A stretch of DNA of 63,358 bases, the filler included, from Olpidium bornovanus S191 (taxonomy: Eukaryota > Fungi > Olpidiomycota), in assembly GCA_017911155.1 (NCBI GenBank). It is 29 parts of 29 records of this genome, joined end to end, with 100 filler letters (N's around TTAATTAATTAA, not from the genome) between each part and the next. Parts side by side here need not be neighbours in the genome. Positions count along the whole stretch, not along the records: positions 1 to 1,378 come from JAEFCI010004169.1; positions 1,479 to 3,428 come from JAEFCI010003074.1; positions 3,529 to 4,885 come from JAEFCI010011334.1; positions 4,986 to 7,276 come from JAEFCI010002882.1; positions 7,377 to 10,431 come from JAEFCI010006183.1; 24 more parts are not named here. The stretch is one strand, 5' to 3'. Both the position numbers and the translations under genes were made by a program. The notes under the pieces are model-generated. The model did not search any database. It saw nothing but the letters and a program-made list of their open reading frames with translations, and had not been told where the DNA came from. Positions 1 through 10,300 of this stretch are shown here, piece after piece (positions within the stretch are counted from its first letter, which is position 1; each line of letters starts with the position of its first letter).

Positions 1-687
1 GACCTTTCCAAGTCGGATAGGGCTTCCTGGCACCGCTTGGCGTCGAGGAGGCACTGCCTCGTCGTTCCCGCGGAGAGTTTCGCGCACGCCGCGAGCTTTT
101 GCGCACGCGTAGGAGCGAGCGAGCGTTGACCGGTGTTGTCGTCAGGTGAGGGGGAGGAGAAACGTGATAAGACAAAGGCGACCTTTTTACGAGGCGCGGG
201 GTCCGCGCGCCGTGGCAACGAGAGGACCGAAGGGAGAGCACAAAAAAAAACCTTCTCCTTAAGAACTGCGCGCTCGTCGAGGGCGGGCGCTCGCGAGCAG
301 CGCGCCGGCCTTGTCGAGGGAGGCGAAGTCGGGGATGCGTTCGTTCGCGAGGCCACGCGCGCCATGGACGGCCGCGCCGTCGCCGTCGTCGGCGGCGCAA
401 GTCGCCGGGACCGACAGGGCCGCGCCGCCTTCGCGGCGCGGGCGGCTCCCGCCGGCGGCATTGCCCGCCGCGCCGCCCCGTCGTCGCCCTTCTCCACCTC
501 TACTTCGAACGTCGTCATAGTCGCCGGCCCCGGGAGAACGCGACGGCGGCACCCCCGGTCCCGCCTCCGCCCTGCGTGCCGCGCGCCCTCTACCTTCCCC
601 TCTGGCACTAGCGACGTCCGGAGCGGGACTGGCACGGCCCGCCGGTTCGCGTTCGGCGGCGGGGCCGTAGTCCGCTCCGGCCGTCAT
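1..687 (-). CDS. Hypothetical protein, 5' part, probably intron-containing and 3'-truncated
   Basis: ATG at 687 follows an A-rich tract and reads MTAGADYGPAAERE...ANERIPDFASLDKAGALL. A further coding-like segment near 1-97 reads LAACAKLSAGTTRQCLLDAKRCQEALSDLER. No family recognised. Confidence 0.35.
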
Positions 688-935
688 TTTTCTTTTTTTT
701 TTTCGTTTTCTTTTTTTTTTGTTTGGTGGGTTTAACGGCGGACGGCGCAGGTACAGCTCCGGAAGGCACTCTGTAAACTCTTCCACACTCTCAACACACC
801 GGGTTCGTTCCGGCGCAACTGTGCAACGCCAATAACCTCGCGCATCCCAACGAGTGTTCGCCGTCCACGCGACTCCCCTCCCCACTCCGCACGATCTCGG
901 CGGCTCCAACGGTCTCGCCCAGGACAAAGTTTGGA

Positions 936-1255
936 AGAATGAGAGAGAGACAGAGAGAGTGAGAATAAGAGAGAAAAAAAGAATGAGAGAGAGTAGCGAG
1001 AGAGAATGAGAGAGAGAAAAAGATTAAGAGTGAGAGAGAGTAAAGAGAGAGATTGAGAGAGGGAAAGAAATTGAGGGAGAGAGAGAGAATGACAGAGAGA
1101 GAATGTGAGAGAGAAAGTGAGTGAGAAAGTGAGAGTGAGAAAGAGAATGAGAGAAAAAGAAAGAGAGAGAGAGAGAATGAGAGGGAGAGAGAGAGAGCGA
1201 GAGAGAGAGAGAATGAGAGAGAATGGGAGAGAAAGAAAGAGAGAGAGAGAGAGAA
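936..1255. repeat. Imperfect (GA)n microsatellite
   Basis: About 320 nt of GA/GAAT/GAAA repeats, seen directly. Confidence 0.95.
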
Positions 1256-1378
1256 CTAGTGTAACAAGTCTATTCACGTCGCGCACTACCAGTGCTATCG
1301 AGGGACGGAATTATCTGGAGACTTGTGTGATTCAGGTTCGGGATCGGGATCGAGATCGGGGTCTGCGCGCTCTGTGCA

Positions 1379-1478
1379 NNNNNNNNNNNNNNNNNNNNNN
1401 NNNNNNNNNNNNNNNNNNNNNNTTAATTAATTAANNNNNNNNNNNNNNNNNNNNNNNNNNNNNNNNNNNNNNNNNNNN
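1379..1478. other. Artificial contig spacer (44 N + TTAATTAATTAA + 44 N), first of 28
   Basis: Identical 100-nt spacers start at 1379, 3429, 4886, 7277, 10432, 13852, 14967, 16373, 18418, 20460, 22129, 23959, 25504, 28466, 30518, 33355, 34591, 36964, 38728, 40798, 41928, 45596, 47945, 49948, 52689, 54828, 56610 and 60425. TTAATTAATTAA places stops in all six frames. Confidence 0.99.
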
Positions 1479-1479
1479 C

Positions 1480-2514
1480 GCCGCCCGCCTCGCCGCCGCG
1501 CTCGCCGCTGCTGCCGCCGTCGCCGTCGTCGTCGTCCTCCCCGGCCGCCCCGCCGCCCTTGCCGCCCCCTTCAATCCGCGGTCCTCATACGACTTCTCGC
1601 GGTCCTCATACGACTTCGGCAGTGACTCCGACTCCGACGCCGACTCCGTTGACCACCGCCCCGCCGCCCTTGCCGCGCCGAGCGGCAACTTCCCCGCGGA
1701 CGACGTCGATCACACGGGCGCGCCGCCCTTCAATCACGAGAGCGTGTCCCACTCGCTGCAGCCCGACGGACCCTCAATCGAAGACGGAGACGGTGTCGGT
1801 TTCATGAACTTCTCCGCGGACGACGTCGATTACACGGACGCGGCGCCCTTCAACCACGAGAGCGTGTCCCACTCGCTGCAGCCCGGCCGACCCTTAGTCG
1901 AAGACGAAGACGATGTCGGTTTCATGGACGAACCCATCATGAGGAACTTGGCACTGGCAGTGGCGGCAATGATGGAAGCGGCGAAATCGATTCGCGGTGA
2001 CGGGCCGGATGAAAAGTATCCTCATTTTTTTGCGAAAGCAGAGTTCCAGAGGTTCTTCAAGAAGAGGCTATCAATGCTCTTAAAAACTGCCAAAACGAAG
2101 GAACCACAATTCCAGGATGAAAACGAGCACCTCCCCATCGATTACAAAAGGTCGACGGTCGCCGAGTGGATTATGAGCTTTGCGCGCAGCCGTTGCGGGC
2201 GCAGCGTGGATCTTATCCAATTCGCTGGCAATGTCTACAGGACGCGCAAGGAAAACAACAAAAAAGGTGTTCGAATTGCGCATTATTGGCGTGTTGACAA
2301 TGGTGTTTTCAGGAAGCATTATTGGCACCAAAATCTCGAGATACTTCAGGACCTGAAGACACTGGTTGATACGATCAATCATATGGCGAACGAGTTTGTG
2401 GAGAAGCTCCAGGCGAACGGGGTGCAAAGGCGGTCCGCCATGTACACAGCGTACGCAGATAATTTCCAGATCACCGCAGAACGTCTACTTTTCTTACAAA
2501 GGATCGAATCCTAG
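1480..2514 (+). CDS. Putative secreted repeat-containing protein, 5'-truncated at contig edge
   Basis: The frame of ORF 1744-2514 is open back to the contig start: AARLAAALAAAAAVAVVVVLPGRPAALAAPFNPRSSYDFSRSSYDFGSDSDSDADS. This gives a hydrophobic signal-like segment ending ALA-AP, an acidic repeat region, then a ~190-aa non-repetitive C-terminal domain ending at TAG 2512-2514. Confidence 0.7.
   Translation, partial: AARLAAALAAAAAVAVVVVLPGRPAALAAPFNPRSSYDFSRSSYDFGSDSDSDADSVDHRPAALAAPSGNFPADDVDHTGAPPFNHESVSHSLQPDGPSIEDGDGVGFMNFSADDVDYTDAAPFNHESVSHSLQPGRPLVEDEDDVGFMDEPIMRNLALAVAAMMEAAKSIRGDGPDEKYPHFFAKAEFQRFFKKRLSMLLKTAKTKEPQFQDENEHLPIDYKRSTVAEWIMSFARSRCGRSVDLIQFAGNVYRTRKENNKKGVRIAHYWRVDNGVFRKHYWHQNLEILQDLKTLVDTINHMANEFVEKLQANGVQRRSAMYTAYADNFQITAERLLFLQRIES
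1687..1926 (+). repeat. Two in-frame 120-bp (40-aa) tandem copies
   Basis: AACTTC(C/T)CCGCGGACGACGTCGAT starts at 1687 and 1807. The peptide NF(P/S)ADDVD(H/Y)T..(P/A)PFNHESVSHSLQP..P..ED.D.VGFM occurs twice. Confidence 0.95.
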
Positions 2515-3358
2515 ATTATCCAAACCGTAGCACCGGTGTAGTTTTTCCGTACGTTTAATACACCTCGAACCTGCTGTTCCTGTTCGTTTTGTCATTCCCG
2601 CCGCGCGTGCACGCTTGCTTGCGTGCAGAGAGAATAAGGAGTAGCACGTTGACGCGACGCGTGCGCGCAATTCTCTTCTATCCCCGTCCCATTACCCGCG
2701 TCGGGCTTATTTCTGCGCGGTGGCGTTCTAGGGAGAGAGAGATGTGTCTGGGGTGAACCGTTGTTATGGCAATGGTGCACTGGTAAACTTCGCTCAATTT
2801 TTAGGTGGCCGTGCGGCGTGTGATTTCCGTCACCGCTTTCCTAAGAGGATAGCAACCCGGACCGCCCGCCCGCCCACCCCCCCCACATCAGATCCAGCGG
2901 AAGGAAGCTAAGACGCACGAATGGCAACAAAAGCTGCGGTCCTTTTTCCCCTCCTCCCAGGCACTATGAGCGTCGCCGGCGCGGAGGAGGAGGACTGCCG
3001 CCCGGGGAAGTCGTCAGCGATTCGGACCCGGAATTCCTCCGGCTCGCGGCGAAGGCGAGGCCGGACCTTGCCGCGGAGGACGCCGCTGCCGTGCCGCCAT
3101 TTTAACGGCGGAAAGTACGTCGAGGAGGCCGCCAAGGACTGGCGCGAGGCGCCGTATTCCGCCCCCGTCCGAGCGCCGGCCGGCCCCTTCCTGCCCGCTG
3201 GGGCGCTCGCTTCTTTTCCTTTTCTGATCGAATTTTTTTTTTTTTTTGTTATTGCTGGATAGGAGCCCGCTTTTTTTGTTGCTAGAGTAGGCGCACGTCA
3301 TTCACCACCCCGCCCCGCGGCTTCGCTCCCACAGAGATTTGTTCTACGAGCGGAACAA

Positions 3359-3360
<2 letters not shown>

Positions 3361-3418
<58 letters not shown>

Positions 3419-3428
3419 TCCCCCCGCC
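3361..3428. repeat. Poly-C tract at contig end
   Basis: More than 50 consecutive C just before the spacer. Confidence 0.95.
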
Positions 3429-3528
3429 NNNNNNNNNNNNNNNNNNNNNNNNNNNNNNNNNNNNNNNNNNNNTTAATTAATTAANNNNNNNNNNNNNNNN
3501 NNNNNNNNNNNNNNNNNNNNNNNNNNNN

Positions 3529-3566
<38 letters not shown>

Positions 3567-3569
3567 CCG

Positions 3570-3611
<42 letters not shown>

Positions 3612-3727
3612 ACCCCTCATCAGAACTGGCGGCAGCATCGGCGTTCGCCCCGCTGAACCGCCGTCCAATTGAACGGGCGCGCCCCCTCGCGAGAGCAGAG
3701 AGAGCGCGGCCCCGGCCCCTCGCGTAC

Positions 3728-4639
3728 CTTCCCGAGGGCCGTGGCCGTGATGTACACGGGCAGCGACGAAGGGTACCCGAGCACGCGGGTCGACGTGTCG
3801 ACGCGGGACACGTCCACCAGGACCCTGGGCTTGAGCCAGACGCGCTGGAAGGCCGCGCGGTTCTCGCGCATGCCGATCTCGTCCTCCGTCCCGCTCGAGT
3901 AGTACGCCCAGCCCTCCCGCGACATGACCCGCCGCGCCGCGGCCTCGAAGTCGAACAGGTTGAGCATTTCTCCCAGCGCGGGCTTCCCCTCGCCGGCCTC
4001 CGCGGCGGCGCCGCGCCGCGGTTTCTCTCTTCCTCGCCGCCCGCCGCCGTCGTCTGCCCCCGCAGATCCCGGCTCGAGCTCACCGACGAACCGATCCGCC
4101 GGCAAGACCCGGTCTATAATGTCCCTCGGGTGCACCGAGTCGAACGCGGCCGTCGCATCCCCGCCGGCGTGCTTCATTATGACCTGAAACCCGGTGCTGG
4201 GGGGGGTCACGTTTACGGCCGAAACAAGAAAAGAAAAAAGAAAAAAAAAAAAAACTTTTGTCCCTCTTCCCGGTCGGTGACGCGGGACGGGATAGGCTCA
4301 CCGCTGCTCCGCCTGGGTGGTCCTTGAGGAACTTGGTCAGGTCGTAGACCATGCCATGGATGACGACCCTTTTCACCCGCCGGCAAAAACGACGTCTTCG
4401 TCAGTCCTAACTGAGCCGAAACGCGATCGATCATCCTCTCCCCCCCCCCTCTCCCACCGCCACTTCCCTCCCCCCTCCTTCCTCCCCTCCCCTGACCGCG
4501 CGCATCGGGCGCGCTCTCCTCCTCGCGGCAAAAAGTTGCCGGCAGTAAACGGGCGTGTGCCGGGCTTTTTTTTTTTTTACCAACAGTCATCCCGCTTGCC
4601 GTGATTTCTGACCTCCGCAAAGGAGACGCGGGGTTTCAT
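3728..4639 (-). CDS. CYB2: Flavocytochrome b2 / L-lactate dehydrogenase (cytochrome), 5' part; exons 4639-4581, 4368-4302, 4183-3728; 3'-truncated
   Basis: GT-AG splicing gives the cytochrome b5 domain MKPRVSFAEVRNHGKRDDCWVVIHGMVYDLTKFLKDHPGGAAVIMKHAGGDATAAFDSVHP. It is followed by the FMN-dehydrogenase start LNLFDFEAAARRVMSREGWAYYSSGTEDEIGMRENRAAFQRVWLKPRVLVDV...PVYITATALGK. Confidence 0.92.
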
Positions 4640-4986
4640 CAGTTCGGAGGCGGGGGCGACAACCAGCGGCTGGAGAGGGATTTTAATTGGCCTCGGCGGA
4701 ACGCTGGCGGTGGGTGGGAGGGGGAGGGGGAGAAAGGGGCGGGGAACGAGCGTTTTGAGCACACAAGCCGACCGACGGCTGAGGCCTGGCACGGACGAAC
4801 GGCGGGCCGGCGCGGGGGCCCCGATGAAGAAGAAGGGAGCGAGGCGAGGGGCGAGCGGGCCAAGCGGGCAGCGTGGCGCGCCGGGNNNNNNNNNNNNNNN
4901 NNNNNNNNNNNNNNNNNNNNNNNNNNNNNTTAATTAATTAANNNNNNNNNNNNNNNNNNNNNNNNNNNNNNNNNNNNNNNNNNNNC

Positions 4987-7188
4987 CCCGCGCCTGTCCC
5001 TGGTCACGGGAAGCGGACAGCGAGCCACCATCATGAACAGTTCCTGCTGGATTCGAGCTCGGATTATCTTGACCTGGCCTCCAGCAGCAGGGACGAAGGC
5101 AGAAGAAGTCCTAGGCGCCGCGGTCAACACCTCGAGAGGAATCCATCGCGCGCAGCTGGCAAGAACATTCGCAAAAGCCTGTTTAATTCCAGTCAGATCA
5201 TCGCCAGCCAGGAGCCGGAAGTTTCCGCTGAGGACCGAACGCCCCCGGAGCTGCCTTCGAGCACCGCCGCCCAGCCTTCGCAGCAAAGCCCGACAGGCCC
5301 GTTCCCGCACGCGGACGACGCGTCGACGGACGTTTCCGATGCCGGGGTCGAAAAACCGGCGGATCCTGCCGCGCATGAACGGCCAAAGCCGCGGCCCGCG
5401 AACGGGCGGCGCTCTGAGCAGCGGTCAGAGTCTGTCGGATCGCTGGACGCGCTTGTGTCTGCTCTGGAGACCGTCTTTGGCGCCCCGCCACCGCCGTTTC
5501 CCAAGATGGCCCTTGAAGAGCAGTTCGTCCGAGGGCAGCTGCTTATGCGGTTGGAGCTCGACGCTGCCATCCAGGACGGCCGGCTGTGCCCTGTAGAGGC
5601 GGTGGACATAGCCGCTGCGTCAAAGTGCCAGCTGGTCCTGGTGTTTGTGCCGTCGTCACAGCGGCACGCCATCGAGGGTAAGCCGCGGAGCCTCGACGCC
5701 GTGGTGTACATCAGGCTCGTCTCGTTCGACCGGGGGATTCAGCATCCGGAGTTTGCCAATCTGCTGAACGGGGACGGCTCGGCAATTCCCGTCCGCGAGC
5801 TGGTCGTGCGATCGTCGGTCTGCCGATCGATGATGGATCTCGGCCAGAAGAACATCAACTTCGGACACGTCGGCAGTTCGGAGCGCAGGCAAAAGAGGAT
5901 TGTCATCCGCAACCGTTCGGAGACGCCCCTCCTGTACGCTATTAAGAAATCGGGATCCATCGCGTCGGGAGACCTCAAATTCCGCGACGGGCGATACGGG
6001 GTGATCCGCGGCTACGCTAAGCGCGAAGTTGAGTTCACTTTCAAGCCGACGCTGGCCGGCCCCTTCCACGAGCACCTGACAATAGAGAACCTCCGGGATC
6101 ACAACAACGACCAGAAGATCTCCGTGAAGGCGCTAATACGGAAGCACGCCAATTTTGCCATCAAGGCCGCGGACGCGGACTTTGGGCCTATCTTCACGCC
6201 ACCCGCATCGTGCTCCCTTCGTACGTCGCTCGACATCGCCATCACGAACACCGGCAAACTGGTGCGGATGTTCGAGGTTCGCGCGGAGCCGCAGTGTTTG
6301 ACGTTCCGGTGGACTACGGTCGACCTCGAGTTCGTGCTGGAAACGGGCGACCAGGGGGCCGTGAGCAAGGAAACGTTGGAAAGGATAGAGGTGCTCGAGC
6401 AGAAGCTGAAGATCGCGGGCCGCAAGGGGCGCGAGGACAAGGTGAAGAAGATCAAGTGCAAGCTCGCCCGGCTGAGACGCGGTGAGCTCGAGGACCCTCC
6501 CGTCGGGGAGGACCAATACGACGAAGATCAACAGTCGGCGGGGGCGGCCGAGCCTGGAAACGCCGAGGGCGCGCTCCCCCCTACGTGCGCCGGCGACGAT
6601 GCGTTGCAGTCCCGCGCGGCAGCGAACGAGCAGGCGGCATGGACGCCGGCGTCCGACGGAGGCGGCGCCTCCCTGCTGGAGACCCGGTCGGCCTTATCGC
6701 GGTCGCTGCCGGCGGACGTGCACATCGCCTCGGCGGCGCTGGCAGGATCGCTGACAGCTGGTTCGAGCAGGAGACCGTCCTTCGCGCGGCACGCTCAGGG
6801 GACAGGCCGGCCGTCTGCGGAATCGGCTCCGGCCCCCGCCCTCAAGCACAAGCGGACGGCCGACGGAATCCTTTTCGCCGTCGAGGGCGAGACCACAAAG
6901 ACGATCCGCGTCCTCTTCAGCTTCGTCCGGGGCGACAGCCGCGACGTGGAGAACGAACACGGCCGGGACGGATCTCCGGAACCCGCGCCGTCCGAGGAGC
7001 ACGTGTCCGGCCAGCTCCTCGTGCACGAGCACAAGAACACGGACGTCTGCAGGAAGGTCAACTTCCAGGCCGCCATCTGCTCCGCAGAGCCCACGTACCG
7101 CAGGTTGGCGGAGGAGGCGCGGCGGAGGAGGGTCGAGTCTGCGGACCTGCAGGATGCCGGCGATTCGGATTCGGCGAAGCCGACGTAG
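4987..7188 (+). CDS. Large ASH/PapD-like Ig-fold domain protein, C-terminal ~733 aa, 5'-truncated
   Basis: The frame is open from the contig start to TAG 7186-7188. It has an ASH-like signature, KNINFGHVGSSERRQKRIVIRNRSETPLLYAIKK...VEFTFKPTLAGPFHEHLTIEN, and a second FG...I.ITNTGK repeat. Confidence 0.75.
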   Translation, partial: PAPVPGHGKRTASHHHEQFLLDSSSDYLDLASSSRDEGRRSPRRRGQHLERNPSRAAGKNIRKSLFNSSQIIASQEPEVSAEDRTPPELPSSTAAQPSQQSPTGPFPHADDASTDVSDAGVEKPADPAAHERPKPRPANGRRSEQRSESVGSLDALVSALETVFGAPPPPFPKMALEEQFVRGQLLMRLELDAAIQDGRLCPVEAVDIAAASKCQLVLVFVPSSQRHAIEGKPRSLDAVVYIRLVSFDRGIQHPEFANLLNGDGSAIPVRELVVRSSVCRSMMDLGQKNINFGHVGSSERRQKRIVIRNRSETPLLYAIKKSGSIASGDLKFRDGRYGVIRGYAKREVEFTFKPTLAGPFHEHLTIENLRDHNNDQKISVKALIRKHANFAIKAADADFGPIFTPPASCSLRTSLDIAITNTGKLVRMFEVRAEPQCLTFRWTTVDLEFVLETGDQGAVSKETLERIEVLEQKLKIAGRKGREDKVKKIKCKLARLRRGELEDPPVGEDQYDEDQQSAGAAEPGNAEGALPPTCAGDDALQSRAAANEQAAWTPASDGGGASLLETRSALSRSLPADVHIASAALAGSLTAGSSRRPSFARHAQGTGRPSAESAPAPALKHKRTADGILFAVEGETTKTIRVLFSFVRGDSRDVENEHGRDGSPEPAPSEEHVSGQLLVHEHKNTDVCRKVNFQAAICSAEPTYRRLAEEARRRRVESADLQDAGDSDSAKPT

Positions 7189-7224
7189 CAAAAAGCCGGT
7201 TGCAAAGCCCGGCCCATTCGGGTG

Positions 7225-7262
<38 letters not shown>

Positions 7263-7378
7263 CCCCGCCCCCCTCCNNNNNNNNNNNNNNNNNNNNNNNN
7301 NNNNNNNNNNNNNNNNNNNNTTAATTAATTAANNNNNNNNNNNNNNNNNNNNNNNNNNNNNNNNNNNNNNNNNNNNAA

Positions 7379-10300
7379 ATTCCGCGTGAGGGCAGCGATC
7401 CATCCGCACTGTCCGCATCTCGGGATTCTGAAAACGGGACAGACACGTCGGAACAGCGCCAAATTCTGTTGTCAAAGGACCAGCCCGACGGACCATGTAT
7501 CCACAGGGACGAGTATGAAGCGATCTGTACGCCTTCTGTGCCGACGAACGAATCTCAACAGCCTCCATGCACGGAGGCAGCGCGCGAGCCGGCGGGTCAG
7601 GTACAGGATAGTGACGTTTTGTCTCTACCGGACGTGTCAGCTGTTCTACCTCCGGCGACCGAAAGCTCGGAGTCAGATTTTCTCTCTCAATCGCGCAAAG
7701 ACGATGAACCTTGGGCACCATCACAAAGGATAGAGTTTCGGCAAACATCTATCATGCAGGCGCCAGAGAGTTTGCCTCCTGCCGTTTTTCCTCGAGAGAG
7801 TGAGCGAATGAAAGATACTCCCAGCGGTGAGGCACCGATGCAACAACCGAAAGAGGCCTTAAAACAGCCGTTTTCCCACGTGCCCGTACTTGGACGGACG
7901 ACCACCGAAATCACCGCGCTACGGGCGTCCGAGGGGCCCAGTCGGATGTCATTGCAGAAACCAATCGGCGAAACGGATGTCCGCAGCATTACTGCGTCGT
8001 TGTCGCCTGAACACGCCTCATCCGAGTACGACGTCCGTGGCAGAAGTGTCGGTCAGGAGCAACCGGAAACACTTGCGGACGTTGTCGCTGCGGTCGGCGA
8101 ATCTGATGGGCAAGCGAAGGGAACGTCTGACACGCGATCCGTCGAGCGAGTTTCCACACTCGAGAACGTTGTCGCTGCGGTCGGTGATCTTGATGGGCAG
8201 GCGAAGGAAAAGTCTGACGTGCGATCCATCAAGAGAGTTTTCATAGCAAGTTACAGGGACAATTGCGAGCCAGACGCGAACGTTCAACGACTCGCCGCGG
8301 TCAACACACGTGAGATCTACGCTGGCGGCGTATATTCGGAAAAAGGAAAAGGCGATTTAGTACATTTGCCCGAGTTGGCATTGCTTTCGAGGCATGACGA
8401 CGACAAGCAAATGGCCGCGGCCGCTAGCAGATCAGAAGCGGCCGATGTTCTCTCCTGCAAAGCTGACAAGAAGCCAACGGAGGACACGAGCCTAGGTTGG
8501 CACTGTCGGACGGCATCAGACGCCGATACTGCTATTGAGGATCCGATCGAGGCCAAGAACACAGGAGCGTACGCCTCCGTGGATACGCTGCCGATTCCAC
8601 TGGAACCTGCAGACGCGTTGCCAGCGGAATGCCGGGGAAAGAGCTACGTGCTGGACTTGGCCGTCGACGGAAAAGCGATCTCCAGCTCGAGCTTGGATGT
8701 ATCGGTTGCGACGTCAATACCGGTGCATCGTTCGGAGACTGTGGAAGGCAGCAAACCGGGCAACGATGATCCGTCCGCTGTCCATACCGAGCCGCCAGCG
8801 AAATCAATTTCTGTCTATTGTACGGGAATTGCGGAAGACGTTAGGGCGGGCAACAATGGTCAGTCCGCCGGCCATGCCGAGCTGCCAGCGAACTCGATTC
8901 CGGTCTATTGCGCGGAAATGATTGCGGAGAGTGACAAGGTGGGCAACAAGGGTCAGCCTGCTGCCAATACCGAGCAGCCAGCGAAATCAATTCCGGTCTG
9001 TCGTACGGAAATTGCGGAAGGTGACAGGGTCTATCATGCAGAAATCGCGGAAGGCAACAGGGCGGGCAATGACGGTTGGTCCGCATTCCATATCGACGGG
9101 CCGTCAAAATCAATTCTGGTTGATCGTGCAGAAATTCCAGAAGGTGACAAGTCGCGCAATGATGCTCTGTCTGCTGTCCACACCGAGCGGCCAGCAAAAT
9201 CGATGTCGGTCTATCGTACAGAAATCGCAGAATGCGACAAAGCGGTTGACAATGGTCGGTCCGCTGTCCTTACCGAGTTGCCATCGAAATCATTTCCGTT
9301 CTATAGTTCGATAATTGCGGAAGGCGACAAGGCTGGCAACGATGATCTGTCTTCCCGCAATCCCGAACGGCCCGCAGACGAGGAGGCCAATCTTGACCAC
9401 GGGAATAAAAAATGCCGCGCCATTTCCACTGGACCATCGGCATGCGACCTGGCAAAAGGTGACGGCAAAATTGCTCTGCCAAGCTATCCGTCCATCTCCG
9501 GATCAGCTGCACCGCGCGTCTCCAACTTACCGATCAGGAGGTTGGCCGAGCGTTCCACCCCGATCAGGACAGACGGATGGGACGGCAAGAAACTTGCTGA
9601 CGGTTTCGACCATCATTTTCCTACCAAGTCTTTACCGTGCTCGGATGCTTCCATTTTGAAAAGGCCGTATACACCCGCGCGCCAGCCGAAAACGGTTACT
9701 TTCCAAGTAACCGAAGACGCGGCCACTGGACGCTTGGAAGGGGGCGAGGACGCGGAGAATTGCCGGCTCGAGGCGCAGGCAACGGTCAAGGAAACCGGCG
9801 CGCATTCTCAGCCATTGCCTGTCCATTCTGCGGCAAAGAATTGGGAAGGGGCCAGGTACCAAACCTTGCCTGCGCAGTCGTCGGCATATAATTGGGAATC
9901 AACCAGTTCCCATGCCTCCGGGGACGCACTTTCTCGGTTCCAGCCGCTCGGAACGAAGATCCCTTCTCTGTCGGCGAGTATTTCGTCGCAAACGCGCCTG
10001 CCTCGCGGTGGTTTTGCCAAGCCAGGCAGAGGGCAAAGCGCAGCAGACGGGATCAGCAGCAATTTGCCACTCCCAAACATCGGATTACTCGCGAACGCTG
10101 GCGACGCGATGGCCAGACCGGGCGTAGTTCGCCCGGTCGAGTCCGTTTGCGATAGCAAGAAGCCTCGCACAGAAATACTCGAGCTGTCCGAGGAGCCGGC
10201 CGTTTCGCCGCTGTCATTTTCTTCGCCCTCGCCCTGGGACGACGAGCGGAACCTCCGCCGCGCGGTCTTGACGCAGGGCGACCCTGAGGCTGTGTTCGGC

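Noticed and set aside
732-1434. ORFs 732-1286 (LSLSL-rich) and 1105-1434 (RERE-rich)
   Set aside because: They are translations of the GA microsatellite.
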